A stretch of 64,000 nt of DNA from an uncultured Rhodanobacter sp. (GTDB lineage: Bacteria > Bacteroidota > Bacteroidia > Cytophagales > Hymenobacteraceae). Below are positions 37,569 through 44,703 of this stretch, one piece after another. Made by a program: the position numbers and the translations under genes. Position 1 is the first letter of the stretch. Each line of letters begins with the position of its first letter. The notes beneath the pieces are model-generated. The model was not told the DNA's origin, ran no database searches, and worked only from the letters and a program-made list of their open reading frames with translations. Location: positions 239 through 64,238 of the forward strand of contig CAZZWL010000009.1 in assembly GCA_964657755.1 (NCBI GenBank), read 5' to 3'.

Positions 37569-39098
37569 ATGCGTTTCAACCTCAATTTTCGCGGCAACGC
37601 CGCGCTGGTTCGCAACCACGAAAACGCGCCGGCTTTTGCCCTCACCCCGGCTCAGGAGCTGTACGCCGCCGTAGCGACGGCCGCCCTTAGCGACCAGTTC
37701 TACGAGTCGGCCAACACCCGCCTGGCCCGCCTGCGCGAGTTGGTGGCCCGCAGCGACCCGCAGTTTGTGGTCCGGCTGGCCGTGTATGCCCGCGAGCAGC
37801 TCTACCTGCGTTCGGTGCCGTTGGTGCTGGCCATAGAATTGGCCCGCATTCACCGGGGCGATAACCTGGTGAGCCGCTTAGTGGCGCGGGTGGTGCAGCG
37901 CGCCGACGAAATCCCCGAACTACTGGCCTTTTACGCCCAGGCCAATGGCCGTACCGGGGCGAAAGTCCTGGGTCGGCTTTCCAAGCAGATGCAGCATGGT
38001 CTGGCCCTGGCGTTCAATAAATTCGACGCCTACCAGCTGGCCAAGTACGACCGCGACGGCGCGGCCGTGCGCCTCCGCGATGCCCTGTTCCTGGTGCACC
38101 CCAAGCCCCGCGACGAGGCGCAGCAGGCGGTATTCAATCAGCTCGTGGCTGGCACGCTGCCGGTGCCCTACACCTGGGAAACCGAGCTGTCGGCCGCTGG
38201 GCAGGTGGCCTACCCCTCGCCCGCCGAGCGGCAGGCGGCTCTCACTCGCACTTGGGAAACGCTGGTGGCCAGCCGCCGCCTGGGCTACATGGCCTTGCTG
38301 CGCAACCTGCGCAACTTGCTGGAAGCCAACGTAAGCGCCGATACGCTGGCCCTGGCCGGCGCCACCCTCGCCGATGCCGGCCAGGTGGCCCGCGCCCGGC
38401 AATTGCCCTTCCGCTTCCTGGCCGCCTACCGCGAGGTGTTGGCCCTGGAAGCGGGCGCGGCGCCCCCGGTGCTGGCCGCGCTGGAGGCCGCCATTGGGGC
38501 CAGTGCCCGCAACCTGTGCGGTTTCGGGGCCGACACCCGCGTGGTGGTGGCCTGCGACGTATCGGGCTCGATGCAGCAACCTATTTCGCCGCGCAGCAAA
38601 GTGCTGCTCTACGACGTGGGCCTGGTGCTGGGCATGTTGCTGCAAAGCCGCTGCCAGCACGTAGTTACCGGCATCTTCGGCAACACCTGGAAGCGGGTGG
38701 CGCTGCCCCAGGGCCAGGTGCTGCGCAACGTGCAGGAGCTGTACCGGCGCGAGGGGGAGGTGGGCTACGCCACCAACGGCCACCTTGTGGTGCAGGACCT
38801 GCGCCAACGCCGCGAGGTAGTGGATAAGGTGATGATTTTCACCGATTGCCAGCTCTGGGATAGTGCCGGGCAAGGTAACACGCTGGCTCAGGAATGGGCC
38901 GCCTACCGCGCCAACGTGGCGCCCCAGGCTCGCCTCTACCTCTTTGACCTGGCCGGCCACGGTACCGCCCCGCTCGACGTGCGCGCCGAGCACGGCGTGG
39001 CCCTCATCGCCGGCTGGTCGGATAAAATCTTCGACGTGCTCGCCGCCCTCGAAACGGGGGGTAGCGCGCTCACCGAAATCGAAAAAATTGAGCTGTAA
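37569..39098 (+). CDS. rsr: Ro60/Rsr TROVE-domain RNA-binding protein with vWA domain
   Basis: AVYAREQLYLRS.P, KYDR...VRLRDALFLVHPKP, YTWETELS, LGYMALLRNLRN, vWA MIDAS-like DVSGSM, IFTDCQ. Confidence 0.95.
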   Translation: MRFNLNFRGNAALVRNHENAPAFALTPAQELYAAVATAALSDQFYESANTRLARLRELVARSDPQFVVRLAVYAREQLYLRSVPLVLAIELARIHRGDNLVSRLVARVVQRADEIPELLAFYAQANGRTGAKVLGRLSKQMQHGLALAFNKFDAYQLAKYDRDGAAVRLRDALFLVHPKPRDEAQQAVFNQLVAGTLPVPYTWETELSAAGQVAYPSPAERQAALTRTWETLVASRRLGYMALLRNLRNLLEANVSADTLALAGATLADAGQVARARQLPFRFLAAYREVLALEAGAAPPVLAALEAAIGASARNLCGFGADTRVVVACDVSGSMQQPISPRSKVLLYDVGLVLGMLLQSRCQHVVTGIFGNTWKRVALPQGQVLRNVQELYRREGEVGYATNGHLVVQDLRQRREVVDKVMIFTDCQLWDSAGQGNTLAQEWAAYRANVAPQARLYLFDLAGHGTAPLDVRAEHGVALIAGWSDKIFDVLAALETGGSALTEIEKIEL

Positions 39099-39363
39099 AA
39101 ACCAAGCGGCCCGGCCGGGCAATAAAGCGGAAACCCCGGCCAGTTGCGTTAGTCAAGAGCTAGGTTACGAATAAATTAATTTTATTCGGCTTCACTAAAT
39201 CTGGCAAACTAATTGTTCTACTCTTTATACGAATCTGTTCTATGATTCCCGACTTAGGCAAACGGCTGACCCCTTAATGGCAGCCGCTGGCCGGAACGGC
39301 TACCCGCCGGGGCCCTGTTTGCTCCGGCGGCCCGTTCCAAACCAGTCCCCAACTCCCTCTCTT

Positions 39364-39476
39364 TCAGGTGCCGTAGGCTCGGCGTTACTTCGTGGTTGTC
39401 GGCGCAAGCCGTAGGGTTCGAATCCCACTGCTGCTATTTCGGTAGCAGTAGATACGCTGGCCGCTTGTCGCCCTGA
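39364..39476 (+). ncRNA. Y RNA-like unit 1 (permuted class II tRNA mimic, no D arm)
   Basis: GGTGCCGTAG ... CGCTTGTCGCCC terminal element, TACTTCG, variable arm CGGC-gcaa-GCCG, T arm GGGTTCGAATCCC, hairpin-closed acceptor CTGCTGCTA/TAGCAGTAG. Confidence 0.75.
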
Positions 39477-39504
39477 ATTTGGAGCTGCTGATTTTTTTCT
39501 GGTG

Positions 39505-39646
39505 AAACCGGGTGCCATCGCGCAGCCATCCTTCGCTCCTTTTTGGGTTGGTCGCGGGTTCGACTCCCGAAGTAGCGTTGCGTAAGTAATGCCGCGTTTG
39601 CGCAGGGGTAGGGCCAGCCCGTGGCTGCCAATTATTGCCCCGGTTT
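39505..39646 (+). ncRNA. Y RNA-like unit 2 (degenerate)
   Basis: Outer stem AAACCGGG/CCCGGTTT, TGCCATCG variant, inner stem GCAGCCA/TGGCTGC, TCCTTCG, T arm CGGGTTCGACTCCCG. Confidence 0.65.
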
Positions 39647-39714
39647 TTCAGAAATTATTCTGCCGTTTTCCGAGCAATTAATTAATTATTCGGAATAAAA
39701 TTTCAAGCACTAAA

Positions 39715-39856
39715 CAGCGGGTGCTGTAGGCGGGCCATCCTTCGGAAGTTGTGCCGCAAGGTGTGCAGGTTCAAGTCCTGCCCCAGGGCTTGCCCTAGGT
39801 GGCGAAATTAGTAGACGCGCTCCTCAATAGCCGGCCTGCCGCTTGTTGCCCCGCTG
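39715..39856 (+). ncRNA. Y RNA-like unit 3 (permuted tRNA-Leu-like mimic)
   Basis: CAGCGGG/CCCGCTG outer stem, TCCTTCG, variable arm GCC-gcaa-GGT, T arm GCAGGTTCAAGTCCTGC, then D arm GGTGGCGAAATTAGTAGACGCGC, and 3' CGCTTGTTGCCC. Confidence 0.8.
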
Positions 39857-39865
39857 CTTATTTTT

Positions 39866-40017
39866 AATCTAGTTGGGTGCCGTAGCCCGGCCATACTTCG
39901 ACTCTTAATCGCCAGGTCGCGGGTTTGAATCCCGCTGGCCGCTGCTTTGGTAGCGGCTGTAGCTCAGTCAGGTAGAGCAGGATATGGCGGCTGGGCGCTT
40001 GTTGCCCCAACTAGATT
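39866..40017 (+). ncRNA. Y RNA-like unit 4 (permuted tRNA-Lys(CTT)-like mimic)
   Basis: AATCTAGTTGGG/CCCAACTAGATT outer stem, TGCCGTAG, TACTTCG, GACTCTTAATC anticodon loop, T arm GCGGGTTTGAATCCCGC, acceptor TGGCCGC/GCGGCTG, D arm TAGCTCAGTCAGGTAGAGC, CGCTTGTTGCCC. Confidence 0.85.
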
Positions 40018-40028
40018 TAGCTTACTAC

Positions 40029-40161
40029 TACCGGTGCCGTAGGTGCGCCTTACTTCGTTCGATACGGTGCGGTCGCGGGTTCGATTCCCGTTCGTGGGTC
40101 CGGCCCACGGTAGCTCAGTTGGCTAGAGCACATTCAGTGGTGCGCCGCTTGTTGCCCGGTA
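40029..40161 (+). ncRNA. Y RNA-like unit 5 (permuted class I tRNA mimic)
   Basis: TACCGG/CCGGTA outer stem, TGCCGTAG, TACTTCG, T arm CGGGTTCGATTCCCG, acceptor CGTGGG/CCCACG, D arm TAGCTCAGTTGGCTAGAGC, CGCTTGTTGCCC. Confidence 0.85.
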
Positions 40162-40292
40162 TTTTTTAATTAATTTTTCACGCGTACTAATTCGTTTTTT
40201 ATGTCCAGAAATACACCCATCTCCGACCCATTTATATGGCCTATTCACCCACCTAATTCGGCGGCCGGAATTTCGGGCCGCGCCCTTGGCAC

Positions 40293-41600
40293 ATGGCCAA
40301 CCGCAACAAACCTTTATCGGCTCAGGCGCGCACGGCGCTGCGGGCTGCCGCTGCCCTAGCGCAGCATTTGCCCTGGCAAAAATGGCCGCCGGCCCGCCAG
40401 GTAGCGTTTATCTTTTCACCCGATGCCGCGCAGGTTATCGGCGCCCAGGCCGAGCCGCATTCGGCCCTGGCGCAGCTGCACCGCCACTGCGTGGCCACCC
40501 GCACCGGCAATGAGCAGGGGCGCATCCGCCACTTCCTCAGCCAGCTTATCAAGTGCCGAACCCGGCTGCTGGACCGCCCCGAGCTGGCTCCGGCCCTGGC
40601 GCACCTGGGCCTGCACTACGCCCACCGGGTGCGCGAAGTAGCCAGCTGGCAGCCGCGCTCCAAAAACGTTTTTTACCAGCTCGACAGCTTAATTCGCCAC
40701 CTTTTTGACCAGTTTGGCGATGTGCCGGGTTGGGTGCTCAATGGCTGGGGTAGGGCGCCCGAGCAGCCCACGGGCGTCGACCTCACGCTGCTTCTTTTGC
40801 ACCTGGGTAGGGGCCAGGCGCTGCGGAGTTTCGCGGGTTTGCCCGTGCCGCTCACCAAGCGCTTGGAGCACGGCTTGCGGCAGGCCCCGGACGGCTGCAC
40901 GTTCCAAGAAGCCTACCGCTACGCCCAACTGGCGGCCCGCGACGCAACCGAGTGGCTGGGCGTAGTGCTCGACTCGCGGCTGGGTCGCGAGCCCATCGGC
41001 CCCGACGATGCGCTGTGGCTGGCGGTGCTCGACCTGTTTCGGGCCGAGCCGGAGGTCGATGCCTGGCAATTTGGCCCGGTGTGCGACTGGATTCACTTCC
41101 GCCGCCGCGTGGGCAGCCTGGCCGAGCCGGCGCAGCCCAACTTCTCGCTGCGGGGCCGCAGCCTGGCCTCGCTGCTGGCGCACACCGCGCGCTGGCATCG
41201 CACGCTAAACCCAGCCCGGCGCAACCCGCGCTTTCAGGAGCTGCTGGCGGCCGTGTGGCCGGGGCTGGCGGTGCCCGATTTTGCGGGCGGCGACGGCGAG
41301 TGGGTCCACATCCGGCAGCTGCGCAGCTACCCCGAATTGCTCGACGAAGGCCGCCACATGCACCACTGCGTGGCCTCCTACGTGCACCAGTGCAAGCGTG
41401 GGCGGCGGGGTATCTATTCACTCACCTTCAACGGCGGCCGGATGCTGACCCTCGAAGTCACGCCCGAATACCAGCTGGTGCAGGTCCGTGGCAAGTACAA
41501 CCGCCGCCCTACCCCCCTCGAGCGCCACTGGCTTGCCCACTGGCTCCGAAAGGAGCGCCTCACGGCCGCCGACCGGGTGTGGGAGGGCGTTTTCGACTAA
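40293..41600 (+). CDS. PcfJ-like domain protein
   Basis: C-terminal L..EG..MHHCVASY...IYSL...LTLEV...QVRGKYN motif characteristic of PcfJ-like proteins. Confidence 0.85.
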   Translation: MANRNKPLSAQARTALRAAAALAQHLPWQKWPPARQVAFIFSPDAAQVIGAQAEPHSALAQLHRHCVATRTGNEQGRIRHFLSQLIKCRTRLLDRPELAPALAHLGLHYAHRVREVASWQPRSKNVFYQLDSLIRHLFDQFGDVPGWVLNGWGRAPEQPTGVDLTLLLLHLGRGQALRSFAGLPVPLTKRLEHGLRQAPDGCTFQEAYRYAQLAARDATEWLGVVLDSRLGREPIGPDDALWLAVLDLFRAEPEVDAWQFGPVCDWIHFRRRVGSLAEPAQPNFSLRGRSLASLLAHTARWHRTLNPARRNPRFQELLAAVWPGLAVPDFAGGDGEWVHIRQLRSYPELLDEGRHMHHCVASYVHQCKRGRRGIYSLTFNGGRMLTLEVTPEYQLVQVRGKYNRRPTPLERHWLAHWLRKERLTAADRVWEGVFD

Positions 41601-41616
41601 AAACCACCACCCACCT

Positions 41617-41678
41617 GCGGTGCCGTAGCGCCGTCTGCCATCGCTTGAAAACCGACCGCTGGCGCGCCTCTTCTCTGC
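41617..41678 (+). ncRNA. Short Y-like unit 6 (no T or D arm)
   Basis: GGTGCCGTAG, inner stem GCGCC/GGCGC, and a loop containing CTTGAAAACC (Ser-TGA anticodon-loop-like). The 3' motif is degenerate. Confidence 0.45.
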
Positions 41679-41682
41679 TTTT

Positions 41683-41780
41683 ATTCAAGTTGCCGGATGC
41701 CGTAGGCCCGCGTTCCTTCGACCTGTCACGTCGCCTTTTGGCCCGACGCGGGCCGCCTGTCGCTCCGGCAATTTTTGAAT
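41683..41780 (+). ncRNA. Short Y-like unit 7 (no T or D arm)
   Basis: TTGCCGGA/TCCGGCAA outer stem, TGCCGTAG, perfect inner stem GGCCCGCGT/ACGCGGGCC, TCCTTCG, 3' CGCCTGTCGC. Confidence 0.65.
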
Positions 41781-41794
41781 TAGGCTGATTAAAA

Positions 41795-41908
41795 AGCCGC
41801 TGGAACGTCATTCCGAGCTTGTCGAGGAATCTCGCTCGCTTCGTTGAACGATACCCGAACGGCCTGGGCGAGATTCCTCGGCAAGCTCGGAATGACGTTC
41901 CAGCGGCT
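41795..41908. repeat. REP/MITE-like inverted repeat (GTCATTCCGAG type)
   Basis: 41-bp arms AGCCGCTGGAACGTCATTCCGAGCTTGTCGAGGAATCTCGC / GCGAGATTCCTCGGCAAGCTCGGAATGACGTTCCAGCGGCT with one G-U pair. Confidence 0.8.
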
Positions 41909-41959
41909 GTCCGCATGCCAATTCATCATTCCAAATACCCCATTCTAAATCTCAAACTA

Positions 41960-43360
41960 ATGGCTTCTATTTTACGGGGCAATGACTTGCGGCAGCTCGG
42001 GTTTCCCGAGGGCCGCGCTATCGGGCTGGCGCTGGCGCAGTTGCAGCGCAAAGAACACAAGCGCCTGACCCAGGCCGACCAGCTCGAATTGCTGAAAGCA
42101 ATTCTGGCGACGCCCACCGATTTTCTTACCGACCTGGCCTGGAGCCACACCGCCGCCGCGCTGCTACCCCCCGTGTCGCGGCACATCGAGCTGGTGGCGC
42201 GCAAGCCCTACGTCACCTTCGGCGCCGAACACATCGACGCCGGGGCGGTGCACCAGATGGAAACCGCCATGAAGCTGCCCGTGACCGTGGCCGGCGCCCT
42301 CATGCCCGACGCCCACCACGGCTACGGCCTGCCCATCGGCGGCGTGCTGGCCACCGATAACGCCGTGATTCCCTACGCCGTGGGCGTGGACATTGGCTGC
42401 CGCATGGCCCTCTCGGTGTATGACCTGCCGGCCAAGTACCTCACCCAGCGCGTGCAGGAAGTGCGCCACCTGCTGCTCGAAAACACCCGTTTCGGTAGCG
42501 GCCGCAGCTGGGAGCGGGGCCAGCGCCTCGACCACGCCGTGCTGCACAGCGACACGTTCCAGGCCATTCCGTTTCTGAAAAACAAGCTCGACCGCGCCGC
42601 TGAGCAGGTGGGCACGTCGGGCTCGGGCAACCACTTCGTGGAGTTCGGGATTGTGGAAATCATCGACCCAGCCAACGAGTTGGCCCTACCCCCCGGTCAG
42701 TACGTGGGCGTGCTCTCGCACTCGGGCTCGCGGGGGCTGGGCGCGGGCATTGCCGAGCACTATACCAAGCTCGCCAAAGACGTGTGCCAGCTGCCCGCCG
42801 AGGCGCAAAACCTGGCCTGGCTGGGCCTCGACACCGAGGCCGGCCAGGAATACTGGGCCGCCATGAACCTGGCCGGCGACTACGCCTCGGCTTGCCACGA
42901 CCAGATTCACCGTCGGCTAGCGCGCGCCTTGGGCGAAAAGCCGCTGGCGAAAGTGGAAAACCACCACAACTTCGCCTGGAAGGAGCGCCTGGCCGATGGC
43001 CGCGAGGTCATCACGCACCGCAAGGGCGCTACCCCGGCCGGCGCGGGCGTGCTCGGCATTATTCCCGGCTCCATGACGGCCCCCGGCTTCATTGTGCGGG
43101 GTAGGGGCGCGGCGGCGTCGCTGGCTTCGGCCTCGCACGGGGCGGGCCGGCTGCTGTCGCGCACCCGCGCCAAGGCCGAAATCGGCGAAGCCGACCTACG
43201 CCGGCAGCTTGCCGACCACGGCGTGGAGCTGCTCGGCGGTGGCCTCGACGAAGCCCCACAGGCCTACAAAGACATCCACACCGTGATGGCCAGCCAGCGC
43301 GAATTAGTGGATGTGCTCGGCTCCTTCACGCCCAGAATCGTGCGGATGGATGGTGCTTGA
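41960..43360 (+). CDS. rtcB: RtcB family RNA ligase with N-terminal extension
   Basis: MPDAHHGYGLPIGG, VDIGC, GSGNHF, SHSGSRG, NHHNF, HRKGA, IPGSM, SHGAG, DEAPQAYK. Start placed at ATG 41960. Confidence 0.96.
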   Translation: MASILRGNDLRQLGFPEGRAIGLALAQLQRKEHKRLTQADQLELLKAILATPTDFLTDLAWSHTAAALLPPVSRHIELVARKPYVTFGAEHIDAGAVHQMETAMKLPVTVAGALMPDAHHGYGLPIGGVLATDNAVIPYAVGVDIGCRMALSVYDLPAKYLTQRVQEVRHLLLENTRFGSGRSWERGQRLDHAVLHSDTFQAIPFLKNKLDRAAEQVGTSGSGNHFVEFGIVEIIDPANELALPPGQYVGVLSHSGSRGLGAGIAEHYTKLAKDVCQLPAEAQNLAWLGLDTEAGQEYWAAMNLAGDYASACHDQIHRRLARALGEKPLAKVENHHNFAWKERLADGREVITHRKGATPAGAGVLGIIPGSMTAPGFIVRGRGAAASLASASHGAGRLLSRTRAKAEIGEADLRRQLADHGVELLGGGLDEAPQAYKDIHTVMASQRELVDVLGSFTPRIVRMDGA

Positions 43361-43449
43361 AAAAAAGTTCCACCTAGGTAAATCCACTGAGCTTAATCAT
43401 TGCGTAAAGTACCATAGGCTCGCCAGAGCCGTGTTTTCATAGCTCAGGA

Positions 43450-43479
43450 AAGCCCGCTGCCTTTGGCTGCGGGTTTTTT
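43450..43479 (+). terminator. Intrinsic terminator after rtcB
   Basis: AAGCCCGCTGCC-ttt-GGCTGCGGG-TTTTTT. Confidence 0.7.
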
Positions 43480-43574
43480 ATTGCCCTGAATAACGAGTCT
43501 GCGCCGCCAAAGCCGTCAGCTTCCGCGTCTTCTGCGCCCTCTGCGGGCTAAAACTACCCGAACGACGGCGATGC

Positions 43575-44114
43575 TTAAGCCGGCCCCGCGCCTGCGGGCG
43601 GGGGCAGCACGCGCACGGCATCGCCCACGCGCAGACGGCCGCCCTGGGCAATGTGCGCCGTGAGGCCGCCGTGCCCGCGCATGGCGTTGTAGCCGCCGGG
43701 CCCCAGCTCCTCCTCCATGCGCGAGCAGGGATGGCACTCGCCCGTAATATCCAGAATTACTTCGTCGCCGATTTGAATTTGCCGGCCCTTGAGCGCCAGT
43801 AGGTTGAGGCCACTCACCACCAGGTTGCGGCGCAGGCGGCCGGGCGCTACCGGCTCAGGCAGCCCCAGAAAGCCCGCCACCGCCGCCAAGTGCTCCTGCT
43901 GAATCAGTGTAAGCTGGCGCTTGCCGCCGGCCTTGGGGCTGGCGTGGTCGCCGGCCAGGTGCCGGTCGGTAATTACGTCGGCTTCCACTACTGATTCCAG
44001 CTCGGCGCGGCGGGCCGGGCGCCGGCCTATCCACTCCAGCCGGCCCGCCTGGGGTAAGGTAGCTAGTAGCCGCGCCACCGTCGATTTATCATCACCAAAA
44101 AACGGAAATGCCAT
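43575..44114 (-). CDS. MOSC domain protein
   Basis: RQLTLIQ.EH, LRRNLVVSG.NL, C.PCSRM, MRGHGG.TA. Confidence 0.92.
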   Translation of the reverse strand: MAFPFFGDDKSTVARLLATLPQAGRLEWIGRRPARRAELESVVEADVITDRHLAGDHASPKAGGKRQLTLIQQEHLAAVAGFLGLPEPVAPGRLRRNLVVSGLNLLALKGRQIQIGDEVILDITGECHPCSRMEEELGPGGYNAMRGHGGLTAHIAQGGRLRVGDAVRVLPPPAGAGPA

Positions 44115-44181
44115 AGAGTAGGGCAAGCGTTAGTTTACCAGAAAAAGTTGAGATACGGCAAGCGAAAGCTTATCCGATAGA

Positions 44182-44646
44182 CTATAATTCGTCGGGCGTG
44201 CCAAAACCCTCCCGAATTTCGGGGTGGCTAATTTGCCCTCCCAGGTTGCCGGCGCGCGCCAGCAGCCCAAAGCTGAGCACCGCGCCCAGCAGCGTGAGGC
44301 CCACCAGCAGCCGCACCCGCGCCGCCCGCTGCTGCAACTGCATGATACTGAGTAGCGCCAGCGTGCTGGTGGCCACCAACACCCAGTAGCCCGCCCGCGC
44401 CGCCTGCGCGTGGGTTTGAATAAGCGCCTGGCTCACGCGGGGCATATTTTGCACCACCTTGGCCGCACCAGCGCCCGTGAGCTGAGCCGGTAGGCCCACC
44501 GCCACCGCCAGCACTAGCGCCCATAGTCCCGCCCGCAGCAGCGCGTCCTGCCGCTGCACCAGGCCCGCTGCCAGCAGCAGGCTGCCCGCCAACGCCCCAA
44601 AAATGGGCGCATGATTAAAAATGAGGTGCCAGTGCGCTTGGTTCAT
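44182..44646 (-). CDS. Membrane protein (DUF2231-like)
   Basis: H.H...NH.PI.G, TG..A, H...A, G..GGQI.HPEIR; four TM segments. Confidence 0.6.
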   Translation of the reverse strand: MNQAHWHLIFNHAPIFGALAGSLLLAAGLVQRQDALLRAGLWALVLAVAVGLPAQLTGAGAAKVVQNMPRVSQALIQTHAQAARAGYWVLVATSTLALLSIMQLQQRAARVRLLVGLTLLGAVLSFGLLARAGNLGGQISHPEIREGFGTPDEL

Positions 44647-44703
44647 GGGGGTAGGGCGTGGTGGCCGCCCTCCCCGCAAAAATAGGGAGCGCCCGGCCGC
44701 GGG

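Noticed and set aside
39287-39345. SRP RNA or known riboswitch
   Set aside because: No SRP helix-8 GGAA tetraloop motif or recognisable aptamer consensus; kept only as a low-interest structured element.
39364-40161. Calling the T-arm and D-arm matches a cluster of ordinary tRNA genes
   Set aside because: The T arm precedes the D arm, acceptor stems are closed by loops, there are no free 3' ends or CCA, and all units are enclosed in shared non-tRNA stems.
39364-41780. CRISPR array (repeated GGTGCCGTAG with variable inserts)
   Set aside because: Repeats are short and non-identical, unit lengths vary, inserts are structured tRNA-like sequence, and no cas genes are present.
41819-41959. Longer RtcB start at 41819
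   Set aside because: The extension runs through the REP/MITE hairpin; ATG 41960 follows an AT-rich Bacteroidota-type initiation region.
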